Source of the DNA: an uncultured Prochlorococcus sp.
Lineage (GTDB): Bacteria; Cyanobacteriota; Cyanobacteriia; PCC-6307; Cyanobiaceae
Assembly (NCBI GenBank): GCA_902520485.1
Contig: CABYNZ010000003.1
Span: 6,859-70,858, forward strand
Reading direction: 5' to 3'
DNA: 64,000 nt
The notes beneath the pieces were generated by a model that worked only from the letters and a program-made list of their open reading frames with translations, did not search any database and was not told the origin of the DNA. A program made the translations under genes and the position numbers. Below are positions 63,708 to 64,000 of this stretch, in pieces (position 1 is the stretch's first letter; every line of letters begins with the position of its first letter).

Positions 63708-64000
63708 TCATTCAGTCCAAATATTTGTTGATCTAGCATTATCTCCCCATAATTTATCTAACCTTTGATCTCTCCCACATGAGAATCTATAGAACTTATA
63801 TTTTAATTCATTTCTCTCAGCAAAATCCTGATGATATTCTTCAGCCAACCAAAATTGACCTTTCGATTTTAGTTCTACAAATATCTTTTGTAATGGCACT
63901 TGCAATTCATTAGAGGCCGAAATAAGAGCATTTTTTGCATCATTTTTCTCAATATGATCTTTGTAAAAGATCACTGGCCTGTAAGAATCTCCGCGATCAC
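63708..64000 (-). CDS. msrA: Peptide-methionine (S)-S-oxide reductase, 3' part (runs off the window)
   Basis: DRGDSYRPVIFY and FWLAEEYHQDF...CGRD motifs. Confidence 0.88.
   Translation of the reverse strand, partial: DRGDSYRPVIFYKDHIEKNDAKNALISASNELQVPLQKIFVELKSKGQFWLAEEYHQDFAERNELKYKFYRFSCGRDQRLDKLWGDNARSTNIWTE

Overview
AT-rich, gene-dense core-genome segment of a marine picocyanobacterium, most consistent with a high-light Prochlorococcus marinus. Supporting signs are Ni-SOD, an hli gene, ftn2/ARC6, clpR-clpP, a group 2 sigma factor and very short intergenic spaces. It holds about 60 housekeeping and hypothetical CDSs, three tRNAs (Leu-CAA, His-GTG, Gly-TCC) and the SRP RNA. I found no mobile element, prophage, CRISPR array or defence island. 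Points worth a second look: (1) argD begins 2-5 nt after tRNA-Leu and its frame runs open through the tRNA; (2) an unlisted pair of translationally coupled 35/36-aa membrane microproteins sits behind its own extended -10 promoter; (3) sodX and a TrmH-family gene have conserved N-termini with no ATG/GTG/TTG start; (4) TrmD and IspF are fused; (5) two more small ORFs follow thiS; (6) several conserved-looking operons have no established function. All family calls come from motif recognition by eye, not from database searches.
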